Shown here piece after piece: positions 51,230 through 63,400 of a stretch of DNA of 64,000 bases. The translations under genes were made by a program, and so were the position numbers. Positions within the stretch are counted from its first letter, which is position 1; each line of letters begins with the position of its first letter. Under the pieces are notes generated by a model. That model was given only the letters and a program-made list of their open reading frames with translations, made no database searches and was not told the origin of the DNA. The DNA is taken from the NCBI RefSeq assembly GCF_001194135.2, contig NC_068981.1, positions 149,745,075-149,809,074 on the forward strand, in the 5' to 3' direction. This stretch comes from Octopus bimaculoides. Its lineage: Eukaryota.

Positions 51230-51581
51230 TTTCTTTTACTCTTTTACTTGTTTCAATCATTTGACTGCGGTCATGCTGCTGCACCGCCTTTAATCGAAAA
51301 AATCGACCCCAGTACTTATTCTATCGGCCGCTTTTGTCGAACCGCTAAGTTACGGGGACGTAAACACACCAACGTCGGTTGTCAAGCGATGGTGCGGGGT
51401 GAAAAACAGACAGACTCACACACACACATATACGACGGGTTTCTTTCAGTTTCTTTCTACCAAATCCACTCACAAGCCCTCGACACGAGGCTGTAGTAGA
51501 AGACACTTGCCCAAGGTGCCACGCAGTGGGACTGAACCCGAAACCATGTGGTTGGGAAGCAAGCTGCTTACCACACAGCCA
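51230..51581 (-). mobile_element. SINE family B, full copy: tRNA-like head, CORE-like segment, short internal (TG)n, GAGTAAAA tail
   Basis: Minus strand TGGCTGTGTGGTAAG (A-box) ..GGTTCAGTCCC (B-box) ..GCACCTTGGGCAAGTGTCTT, which resembles the MIR/CORE GACCTTGGGCAAGT motif. Octopus OR2 is a known CORE-SINE, but identity with it is unverified. Confidence 0.9.
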
Positions 51582-51869
51582 AACCTGTGGTTTTGTCCCA
51601 ACGAAGGCAAACCACACATCAAATACAGTTAAATACAGAAAATACGCGTCCGAGAGACGTCTTCTCCTCAAACAATCCAATATATAATAAAAATATATAA
51701 TAAAATTAAATGAAAGAAACTTTTCAGATGACAATTAAAGTTGTGTGTCTTTCATTTAATATTGCATTAGTTCGTTATATTCATCATGTTTTTGTTAGTT
51801 TCTGTTAATGTAGGGACTTTTTTTTTTACCACTAAGCATAACATTTTACAAATTCACTTTGAGCCTCGT

Positions 51870-52680
51870 CTTCTGATATCTGTAGTTACGCTTGCTCTTT
51901 TTCCAACCTGCACACAGCTGTCTATGAAATAAATTTCTCTTTTATATTCATTAACATTCTTGAAGACAAAGAACAGATTTTTGTCTGTTTTATTCAGCGT
52001 TTCTTTTAACTATTTGCATTTGTCTTTCATAATGTCATTATATTTCTTCTTTTTTCACTCCTGTCTAGTCTTGCTAATTTCTTTAACTTCATGTTAAGAA
52101 TATTATGGCTGTAACTGATTACTGGGACAGCTAGAATATCGATACATATTACCTTATTTTATGCATTTAGATATGTTTTTTTTAATAGTAATCTAATGAA
52201 ATCTGTAATATTTCTTCCTAACCATTTGTATGTTGTACCCCATATAGTTTATTGATTTCTAATTATTTTTAAGTCTGGGTTTGGTATAATTATCGTTGTT
52301 TCTTTATGTAACATGTCATTAGTAGGTTTAGAATTTCCCGTCTCATCAAAACTACCTTAACACATTTTTGCGAATCGAATTTCAGATTCTTTCCTTTACT
52401 GAATATGTGTAATTATGTAACAGTGACTCTAATTATTGCTGTCTGCATCATACAGCATGTGGTCGTCTACAAACAACAGATGATACACTGTCATCTCATA
52501 GATTTTGCATCTAAGTTCAATTTCTTGTAATTGGTGCCAGTCCCATATTATGTTGTTTTTCTAATAGCGATAAAATTCATTTTAATAAATCATTGTCTTT
52601 TTGTCCTCGTTCCTGCATTATTTGTCATTCATTCGTCTGTTTAGAGAACGTTGTCAAAGATATCTGGTAAAGAAAGTTCT
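51870..52680 (-). mobile_element. Decayed R4/Dong-type RT fragment
   Basis: HLLFVDDHMLY (52462-52482; cf. SHLLFMDDLKLY) and AVPVISYSHNILNMKLKKLARLDR (52106-52131; cf. AVPV..YS.G...W...EL..LDR). Confidence 0.6.
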
Positions 52681-52734
52681 TTCTCGACTATTTTTGGTTA
52701 TACTTTTACTCCTTCTTTTTTTACTTTACTAAAG

Positions 52735-52884
52735 GAGCACCGCCTTTAGTCGAGCAAATCGACCCCAGGACTTATTCTCTGCAAACTCAGTACTTATTCT
52801 ATTGGTCTCTTTTGCCGAACCACTAAGTTACGGGGACCTAAACACACCAGCATTGGTTGTCAAGCGATGTTGGGGGGGGAACAA

Positions 52885-52915
<31 letters not shown>

Positions 52916-53370
52916 CACACACACANNNNNNNNNNNNNNNNNNNNNNNNNNNNNNNNNNNNNNNNNNNNNNNNNNNNNNNNNNNNNNNNNNNNNNNNNNN
53001 NNNNNNNNNNNNNNNNNNNNNNNNNNNNNNNNNNNNNNNNNNNNNNNNNNNNNNNNNNNNNNNNNNNNNNNNNNNNNNNNNNNNNNNNNNNNNNNNNNNN
53101 NNNNNNNNNNNNNNNNNNNNNNNNNNNNNNNNNNNNNNNNNNNNNNNNNNNNNNNNNNNNNNNNNNNNNNNNNNNNNNNNGACGAAAGAACTCTGGCCGA
53201 AATAAGATTAAGATTAAGATTAAGATTAATGTAATATAAAGCTGAAAAAAAAAAAAATTAACACCAAATATACAGTGCGTGTGTTTTTATTGGCTAAACT
53301 GGCAATATGACCATCCCCAAGTACAACAACATCTGTTTCAACACACGATTTCACATAAAAAATCTTGCAA

Positions 53371-53409
<39 letters not shown>

Positions 53410-53560
53410 GACGGGCTTCTTTCAGTTTCTGTCTACCAAATCCACTCACAAGGCTTTGGTCGGCCCGTAGCTATAGTAGAAGACACCTGCCCAAGGTGCC
53501 ACGCAGTGGGACGGAACCCAGAATTATGTGGTTGGTAAGCAAGCTACTTACCACACAGCC
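52735..53560 (-). mobile_element. SINE family B split at its internal microsatellite (3' half 52735-52925; 5' half 53376-53560) by a gap plus ~195 bp of unrelated DNA
   Basis: Both halves match 51230-51581 in the same orientation and correct order. Confidence 0.85.
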
Positions 53561-56500
53561 TTGCTCTTTAGAACCATACGAATGTTTATTTCATTCTGTG
53601 AATGTTTATGCCAGCAAGTAGTTATTTTGAGGGCGATCCTTTATCACCAGCTACATTTTTCCAGTTACAGCATTTTAGCGGGGAAGAATGCAATTCATGT
53701 TGGCGTGCCTTTTAAAATTTCTTATATTTTTACTTTTACAGAGTAAGTTGCATTCCGTCTCATTAAATATTTTTGCAATCACTTTGCATGCGAATGCTAA
53801 AATTTTAACTCTAATTGTTTTCATTTTTTTTTTTTTTTGAGGGCTTACTGTACTGAGGATAGAGAGAAGGGAGAAGAAACAGTAACAATAAAGTTGGTTG
53901 CTGATCGATGTGGTTACTATCCCACCATTCATTCACATCATCACTCACACTACTGATTGCTACCCCTAGGAGTGTAGAAAATCTCGTCTTGTATTCGGGA
54001 CCAAAAGTCAACGATAAGAGAGTTCTTACACTGGATACAACAGATAGTACCAGCGAATAATCTCACAGTAATTAGTAGGTGAGGGAAAGATAGAAACATA
54101 AGCAGACTTTTGCCTTGGAATAGTCCCTTTGAAATATTTATAAAATTGGAAATAATCCCTCTATTGTGTGTTACAAGCCTGAAAGTTTTGTATATTATGT
54201 TTTCATGAGCCTTTTAATGGTAGCAGCTCTAAGGCAGCTGGTACATTTAATAGTTGTCGTGACTTCAGTAGCCTTTCGTGTGAAATTAAAATATTATTTT
54301 AAATAAGCCATGTTGCCACAAGGCTCCTACAAAGTTTATATACTTTAAGCAGCACAGCAGTATTTAGTAAAAAGTTGTTAAATGCACTCTCATGCACGTT
54401 TCTGCTAATCTTAGTTCACAGTAGTGTCTATATCATTATATTCGCAAACGCCTTGTAGAAATTTGGTTAGCTAGCTCATATAGTTCCGCTCATATCACTA
54501 AAACGGGCTACTGTGATATAAAATATTATGACTTCAAGTGTAATCAATATTCAATTTTAATGTTATTTGGTCATCAACTTTTTATACAATTCTCGCTATT
54601 TTTCACATAATAAATTATCTTTAATAATTAACGCTTTTATAATCAAAGAAATTACACCTCAGTACTTTGAAAGTCTCTTTTTAGTTTCATTACGGGCTCA
54701 AAGATATAAGCGATACTATGTTGAGAAGTAGATTCCGAAGGTACTGCTGAAGATATATGGTTGTTGGATGGATTCCAATATATAATCAATCATTTTACCA
54801 TCTTATGATTGATGGAAACGAAGATAATTGTAAGGTAATATATTTATAACATTCATCTTGTTATTAGTTACGTAATAACATCTTCAGGACGGATAATTAA
54901 GGCGAGGCTATGACTGCAAATTGTAGTTCCTCATCAGAAATCTGATAGAAATAATGATAATAATTATTGAGAATTATACCATGTGAAGATTATATAGAAG
55001 CAACAGAGATTCGGTCATATTTCCAATCGAAATATTTTAACCATTCAGCAACATTCTCCATATTTCGTCAATAGTTTTAAATTTATTACAGCCTGCTTTC
55101 AATTGCAAATCAACAGAGAATTGCAAGCCGTTTTAAGTATTTCCGGGTGCAAAGTCATGTAGGTTTTCGATTTTATTTTCATTACGAAACATGCTGCAGC
55201 ATCATATAACTAATTTAATTGAATCATTTTCTGTTTGTAATATAGCCAATATGCCCTTACAAATAGTTGTTTTAAATATGAGATATCACCCAAATTCATA
55301 TGCAATTCGTTCATTTTCTCAGGTACACAGGACAACATATTCATGCTAGGTTAAATCGACTCGCAATGTTTTACTGGCTGCAGCTTAAACCGCTTAGATA
55401 TGTTTACTAAATTGGCAGAGACATACACAGTGGATCGATAAAATGAATCATATATTTCCTGATATATAAACAAGGCAAGAATAAAGCTGCATGGAACGCA
55501 AAGAAACAGTGAACAATGCCAATATTTAGAAACACACCTATGTACATTCCATATATACAGACGCACGGATACACAAACATTGGTACACGCATACATTCAC
55601 ATATCAATAAGTTAGGTATATATGCACGTGTGTATGTGTGTGTGTGCGTGTACGCGCGCGTGCGAGTGCGTGTGTGTTTAAATTTATAAACAAACACACA
55701 CACATATACGACATACGTATGAGACATGAAATTGCATGGAATATTTTAGAAGTCTTAGTTTTCTTCCTACGTTCAGATGAATGTATGCATGAATAATGAA
55801 TCGCTGTATTTAGAGATACTACAAACCATCAATTGCATATGACCCGTTCTTTTAATGTCTTATACGTACGCCCGTCAGGTAGTAATGCAATAAAACACTC
55901 ACTAATATGTATGTACACTGACAATTATTATAGAAATAATAATAATAGGCTTCGTTTACTTATTTGATTTTACGTTAAGGTGATTGAGTTGAAATAGGAG
56001 GTTGTAAAAAATATCAAATGAGTGAATGACAGTAGGAGAAGTAGAATGAATGTATGAAGAAGGATAAAATGTTTATCCGTCGCACCATTAACATAAGCTA
56101 CTACAGTCGGATTGTTCTTTTAAAACAGCATGGATGTAGCTTTTCACTTTGGATAGGGAACAACAATCAAATGCACAGATGTGACAACAGTCGGCGCCTC
56201 AATCAACTGATGTTCAATGAGTTATCACCCTTGGCGACTTAAGCCGTCTATCTGTGATGGAATTTTTCATTGATCGGTTTGCCTTTCTCGCCTCCAGCTT
56301 GTTATGGTACGGAACACATAATAGAGATACCATAACTCTAGTGATGCTTGTATCTGAAGCTATTTAAAGTGGGGTAAGGCTTTGCACATTTTCAATCGCA
56401 CACTCTGAAAAGTGTACGCATTTGATCGAAAGGAACTAGTCTACTTCAATGGATGCAACGCAGTTGCAGGCATTTTACCTGCGACTCTCCTTCTTCTGTA

Positions 56501-58107
56501 AAAATCTCTCAATAAATAGTAGGGTGTCTGTCACTGCCAGCATTTGGATGGTCATTGAATCTACATACATGCCGGGATGCATATATGCATTCAGTATACG
56601 TACATTTGTGCAAGTGTTTGAGTATTTTATATGCACGTGTGTATATGTGTATACGACTTGTTTGAACACATTCTGTCCTACTAAATTTCCATCACAAACG
56701 ATTAGTCAAACCGAGGCTACTGTAAAAGGGACTTGCCAATAATGCAGAAAATTGGGATCTAACATGGAATCATGGCGTTAAGAATCAGATTCTTCATTAC
56801 ACGATGAAAATACATTGGTTCCAAATATTCGGCTTATGATTTGCAACACCACAGAATTGTATCGTTTGATCTCTTTTGTACGCTTAACGCAAGAATAACG
56901 TTTACATTCATCGTCTTGTTTACGACTTTGCATCATTATTTTTTGGTCTTGAAATCTGGAAATTTTAGTTTTAATTCTAAATTTGGCACACAAATATTTA
57001 TGGCAGTATGAAGAGTTTTTGCTAACCAGAGAACTGGAGAGGTCTGTGTGAAATGAATTTTGAAAAAGTAATCGCTTACTAATTTCGTTTTGGTTTACTT
57101 GATCTCACTTTTGTCGATTGTTAGAAGTCATAAGATGTCATGGTCATTGATTAAGATTTCATACTATGCTTTGCAGAAAACTACTGTTAAGCAGTTGCCA
57201 TCAATTCAATCTCATTCACAGTAAGACCATTAGTAATAACACAATTTCAGCTAAACGATCTAGATTTCCAGAGAAGGATTTGATGAAATATCTAAACTGT
57301 ATCATCAAAATCCTTACCGTATATGTACTTCCTACAAGCAAGCCACTTTCCTGAGTAGATTGTATTTTATAAGTCACGTCTGAAGTATGTATGTTTTATT
57401 AAGTATCAAATAAGATTATTATCACCGTAATTAAAGATATACGTATGCTTAAAAATAAAACAAGATACACTAAATGTCTTCAGTATACAATTCAGGTGAG
57501 TTCTATGAATGTTTACAGAAAGTTTATAAGCGTGTGTATGGTACGGCATACACATACACAAGCACACAGGCAGAAAGGCAAACATACAATGTAAAGTGAT
57601 CGAGCATAGAAAAATCCACGGTGTATGAAATTAATGGTCAAAGTGTTAATCCATCTTTTAACGTTATTAAGTTGAATTAAGGTTTTTTCATTAACGTTAT
57701 TAAGTTTAATGTGTCCGTATAGAGACTCATTTAACTCTCGCGAAGTTGCGAGTTCTTAAATTTTCCATTGATAGTTATATGAAATAGCTGTAAAATTAAT
57801 AAACCTTATCTGTAGAGAGTTAAAAAAATAACATACCAACGGCCATTCCCCTTACAATGTGGCCAGGTAAAGGTGCACTTACATCGGGAAGAAAATAAGA
57901 CTATTTAAATGAGACACTATAAGTAATCATAAGCAAGTGATTTCACAGTCGACAGATGGGTATTGTTTACATTACAAAAACATTAGAAGGCTACAAACTA
58001 ATCCAGACTTGTTTGTTGGCTTTCAACGTAAGTTAAATTTAACGTACGACAGTGTCTTATAAAGCTAGATTTATATATCCTAAATTTGACAGAAAAATTT
58101 GTCATTG

Positions 58108-58180
58108 GGACAGTGTAGCTTAATGATAAAGCACTTCACGCGTAAGCATAGGGATGTGAGTTCGAGTCTCTTGGCTGACC
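58108..58180 (+). pseudogene. tRNA-like pseudogene, anticodon loop CGT (Thr-like)
   Basis: 72-73 nt; D-stem GCTT/AAGC; A-box TAGCTTAATGA; TTCGAGT T-loop; partial acceptor and T-stem pairing; broken anticodon stem; TTTT ~10 nt downstream. Confidence 0.55.
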
Positions 58181-59021
58181 GCCGACAGATTTTGTATTTG
58201 TATATATATTTATTTGTATACGTGTCTATATGTGTGCATGTATTTGTTTGTATTTATGTAGAGATGCATGTCATTTTATGTGTGCGTTTTTATACGTGTG
58301 CGTTTCGCAAGCTGAACGAAGTATCTAACGAAAGTGAGATACTTATAGGAGCACCAATCATTTTACTCTCTCTGTCTCGATCTATGTTTCCCTTTCTCCC
58401 TCTAATTTTCTGCTTCTTTTTCTTTTATTTCTTTTTCTTCTTTTCCCTCTTTTCTTTCTCCCCCATTTTCATTGTCTAATTCTTTCCCTTTTCTTTTTTT
58501 CGCCTATAAAAACTAAGTTGTATAAGCATACACCAGGTGGTTCAATGCGCTTGCGTGTGTGTGCGTGCTTACATATATATGCATTTGTATTTATTTATGC
58601 TTTGCCTATATATGTATGTATATGTCTGTATATGTATGTAGCCATGTACCCACGTCTGTATGTTTAGTGTATATACGCATATTATAGATTGTTTGGTATG
58701 TGTATGTATTGCTAAATGTATGTGTAGCGTGAAAGCTTTTAAACGGATATATCTTTTAATTTATTATTATTTTTACAATTCATTATTTACTCTGGGTATT
58801 CAGGCCTTTTTCCTTCTTCATAAACTATTTTTGATTTAAGGTTTTCTTCGATTTTATAATAATATGATTTTAAACCGCAATTTGTTATTTCATGCAACCG
58901 GTTATGGAAAAGACCGTTAGTTGAAATGACCAATGAAACAAAACCATTTCAAATGTGTATCTATCAAAGTAATTATATTTTTGTATATATCTTTATCTTG
59001 CTCCATTCTAAACAAAACAGA

Positions 59022-59053
59022 CCGACGAACGGGAACGTGAAACTCTGAGTAAC
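59022..59053 (+). ncRNA. Degenerate minimal hammerhead ribozyme-like motif
   Basis: CCGACGA (U4->C), stem II ACG-GGAA-CGT, GAAA, stem III ACTC-T-GAGT, then A (GUA triplet). Stem I is disrupted. Confidence 0.5.
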
Positions 59054-59137
59054 AATTCTTGTTATAATTTTGGTGCTTTTTAATAAAGTATCTTACGCTA
59101 CCTCTGGTATTTAGGTACTATTTTTCCACCTTACTCT

Positions 59138-59181
<44 letters not shown>

Positions 59182-59184
<3 letters not shown>

Positions 59185-59399
59185 TTTTATTTGCTTCAGT
59201 AATTTGACTGCGACCATGCTACAGCACCGCCTTTAGTCGAGCAAATCGACCCCAAGACTTATTCTTTGTAAGCCTAGTACTTATTCCATCGGACTAACCA
59301 GTATCGGTTTTCAAGCAATGTTGAGGTACAAACAGAGACACACAAACACACACACAAACACACACACACAAACACACACACACACACATACATATATAT

Positions 59400-59430
<31 letters not shown>

Positions 59431-59460
59431 TGGATATACATACATATATATATATATATA
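59182..59460 (-). mobile_element. SINE family B, 3' half ending in its microsatellite and a gap
   Basis: TTTGACTGCGACCATGCT..GCACCGCCTTTAGTCGAGCAAATCGACCCC..GTAAGCCTAGTACTTATTC. Confidence 0.85.
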
Positions 59461-59774
59461 TNNNNNNNNNNNNNNNNNNNNNNNNNNNNNNNNNNNNNNN
59501 NNNNNNNNNNNNNNNNNNNNNNNNNNNNNNNNNNNNNNNNNNNNNNNNNNNNNNNNNNNNNNNNNNNNNNNNNNNNNNNNNNNNNNNNNNNNNNNNNNNN
59601 NNNNNNNNNNNNNNNNNNNNNNNNNNNNNNNNNNNNNNNNNNNNNNNNNNNNNNNNNNNNNNNNNNNNNNNNNNNNNNNNNNNNNNNNNNNNNNNNNNNN
59701 NNNNNNNNNNNNNNNNNNNNNNNNNNNNNNNNNNNNNNNNNNNNNNNNNNNNNNNNNNNNNNNNNNNNNNNNNN

Positions 59775-59816
<42 letters not shown>

Positions 59817-59939
59817 TACATACATACATATAAGTCAAGGAATAAAATGGAGAAGTGATACAATTGACAAACATCAGTAAGATTTGTTTACTAGAATCAT
59901 AGGAATAAATAAGTTAATAAATACAATTTCACTCTTACA

Positions 59940-60440
59940 GTTGTTTCTACTTGGGGAATCTTCGAAAGTAAGCCTCGACGGTTATTCCTTCTTGGGGGTC
60001 ATATTTGAATTCGTTTATGGAATTTGCTACGTCATCAGGTGAAAATGTATTCTCCAGATTGGTTATCAACTTCATTAAGTGTAACATTCGCTGCTGCAAT
60101 CCTTGTTGCTATTCTCGTTGCTGTTTTTGCAACTCAACTATCCCAGCTAATAAGTCTTCCATGTTTTACGATTTTCGTAAGTTTGCTCAACAATATTTTT
60201 GCTACTTTCTTGTCGAAGTATTTAATTTTCCTTGTGAATTAGTCTAACTTTCCATGTGAATGTTTGTTTTTTCACTCCTCGTAAATTTGATTTTCCTCGT
60301 CCCCACTTTTATAAAATGGTCTTTTGCCACTGTTGTATTTGTCTTTTGATGACAGTTGACGCTCTGACAGATATTGTTATGTTCCAAAATCCTCCAGAGA
60401 ACAGTGCTATCTGGCATTGTACGACCCCCAGTCTTAAAGT
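59940..60440 (-). mobile_element. Probable decayed LINE ORF2 (EN-RT linker) fragment
   Basis: A-rich minus strand with semi-open basic frames (GVKKQTFTWKV..; KYFDKKVAKILLSKLTKIVK..EYIFT). No catalytic motif. Confidence 0.3.
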
Positions 60441-60454
60441 TTTATTATACAACA

Positions 60455-60496
<42 letters not shown>

Positions 60497-63400
60497 NNNN
60501 NNNNNNNNNNNNNNNNNNNNNNNNNNNNNNNNNNNNNNNNNNNNNNNNNNNNNNNNNNNNNNNNNNNNNNNNNNNNNNNNNNNNNNNNNNNNNNNNNNNN
60601 NNNNNNNNNNNNNNNNNNNTATATATATATATATGAATATCTGCATATATGCCGGTATTCTATATTTATACTTCTACCTTTACGGTGCTTTATTTGACTG
60701 GAAAGTAATACATTTGTATTGGAACATTTAATTTTTTTCATCGAAAACGTTTTCACTGTTCTCGGTACTGTTAACGACTAGGCATTCAGACGAGTATACT
60801 GGCACTGATGTAGCAACATTTGAAATATTGTCGAGGTAAATGTAGCTGAAGAAGACTAATCAAATTTACGATATCAAACGTATTTGAAGAGTCCGAAACC
60901 TAGGTCCTAGATTATCCAATTTTGGGTTGTCCATTTATCTAATGTTCTTCCTAGAAGCAAAATGGATTTTTTATGTTCGCTGCCCGCACACATCGTTGCC
61001 AGAATATATACAGTGAAGCTTTACTATAGCGTCATAAAATTATCGACTGCTATTTCCAGTAAACATTGGTGCCTTGTGGTACTACTAGTATATATTTATA
61101 ATTAATATGAAATATAAATATATATATATATTTAGAAAGAGAGAGAGAGAGAGAAAGAGGGAGATGTGCATGAATATGGGTATATATACATTTATATATG
61201 AATAATTTTACGTAAATATATGAATATAAATGTGAACACAAGAATACTCATATATGTGCAAACATAGACAGTTTCTATTTGATATATAACTAGCAGCGTG
61301 TTTCCACCGCTTCACACATTTAAAATAGTGAATTATTACTTGAATCTAAACCTTCGCAGAGGGATCACCGCTCACATTTGCTATTGTTAGACCCTTAACA
61401 TATTCACATTAACCATATCACGATCCTCCTTAACCACAAGTCCAAGTCACTTAAAAATGAAATAATTCATTTCAGTAGTATTTTATATATATATATAAAG
61501 AAACACACGCGCACACACGCACACACACACACACACACACAAAGAGAAGTAGATTGCATGTGATTTGCTCGAGAAACAAAAATGATACTTTCAGCTTTAT
61601 GTCGAAATTTAAACTGACTCTCATACATTTTAATTTATGAGACATAGGCAAGAATTAGTCTGTTGGAGTATGCAATAGCTGCGCATATATCACATAAATT
61701 TCCTAAATTCTAACGTAGACCAATGCAGTCCTCTTCACTTATTCATGAATTCATTCATTTTAATTTTTGATTTAATTCATTTATTCAGATATACATTCAT
61801 TGACACAGTTAAGCTTTTATTTACTTAACCAATTATCTCCTTCATTTAACTTTCAATTGTAGCATCCATTTGTTAATTTCTTTTACATTACCTTGTTTAC
61901 CTAGTGTCTATGAATTATATTGTGGATGGAATAATTCTGGTTAATACACGTATTACCATTACCGAATCTGCCTAACAATGTGCATTCCTTATACACGTCT
62001 GTATATTGTAATGCAGGCATCACACATACGCGGTCATGTAAAAATAAGCGTGTGCTGTTGTAGTTTTGTATATGATTTGAGATATATATAAATATATGTG
62101 AAGTTTGTATGTGTGTGTATGTGTGCGTATCTTCCTTATGCATTCCAAAACAGAGTTACTGATTTTGACGTATGAGGTATCAAAAGATTCAGTACTTTTT
62201 CAGCTACCAACTAAAATTTATTTTCATTTACATAATTGTATTACAAAAAATTACCATTCAAAATCTTTTCCATAAGTCAGCTATCGTAAGCATTTTATAC
62301 GACGACGATGGCGATGACGTCACATTTTCTATATGAGTGTGTACCTTAAAAGAAAGACATCTATCATCACGACCCACACTTTCAATCAATCACTCTATCT
62401 ATATCTCTTTCTCTCTCTCGCACACGCGCGCGCGCACACACATCCATTTCATATACACGTGTATACATCTTTCACTTTTTCATCTACTTCACTTTCTGCT
62501 CTCTTTCCGCTTTCTCTTTTCTTTCAATTTATGTTCTCTTCAAAGCGTAAAGAAATAATTGTCTTACGGGATGAGCGAGAGAAACACAGAATAAGAAAAG
62601 GACAAAGAGACAAAAAAGAATAAAGCAGAGACAGAAAACAAGTTTCTATAGGAGTAGAGGAAAGACTGGGATAGCAGGTGAGAGAGAAATGCTGATATTT
62701 CATACCCTACATATGTTTTATAGTTGAAAGCGAAAGAAAGCCGGCAGAAAGTTGATACTATATGTATGTTCTATAGGTGAAGGTGAAAGAAAGCCGGCAC
62801 AAAGTGAGGGGAAAGCGGGAGAGGAGACGCTGAGAAGCCTAGAAACGAGATCGTATCGCTCAATTTTCAGGTCATTTTCACTTCCGTCCCATGTTTTACG
62901 CATACGTAGGATTAGGAATTTTTTCTGTCTTTCAGTTTCTCATTATAATGTATGGAAACCTTATGCTGTCAACATGTTTACAACTTCAAGAACTTCATTT
63001 CCTTTTTTTGAAATTAAGAAAGGTATGCATAAATAACTTCATTTAGCACACATTCACAGTTAAAGTTCTGTATGAGTTATGCTATTTCTTACTGTGCGCT
63101 AAATTACAGCTCAAATGCTATGAAAATTACCTTTTGCTATTTTGTCATTCCTGTTTGAGGTGAGCGTATTTCAAGACCTGATCTTCCATTTAAACTTACA
63201 AGGAAGTTATCTCAGAGATCCTGTCCTTTACCAGTTGTTTCTAGCATGTCCGATATGACATTTGCGTACCTCGCTTTTATTTTTCTCCTCAATTTTCTCA
63301 CATTTCTATATTTTCCATACAGGAGATTTGCATTTCGCACGAAAGTGGGTAGCTGATGGGTGGCCCAGGTGGGGGAAGGGGCATTCAGTATTTCTTTCAG

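Noticed and set aside
53200-53230. (TAAGAT)4 hexamer run
   Set aside because: Short simple repeat; not the TTAGGG telomeric motif.
54850-54890. Minus-strand CTGAAGAT-GTTATT..AATAAC-AAGA hammerhead-like string
   Set aside because: No GAAA after stem II and no stem III or UH site.
56298-56373. Acceptor/donor-bounded 76-nt segment (CCTCCAG|...|GTAAGG)
   Set aside because: Stops in all three frames and no other support; at most a non-coding exon.
57658-57708. 16-bp direct repeat TTAACGTTATTAAGTT x2
   Set aside because: A small local duplication with a 19-nt spacer and no element between the copies.
61288-61320. Possible Helitron 3' end on the minus strand (hairpin + CTAG|T)
   Set aside because: The hairpin is weak and only ~2 nt from CTAG rather than ~10; no matching 5' end was found.
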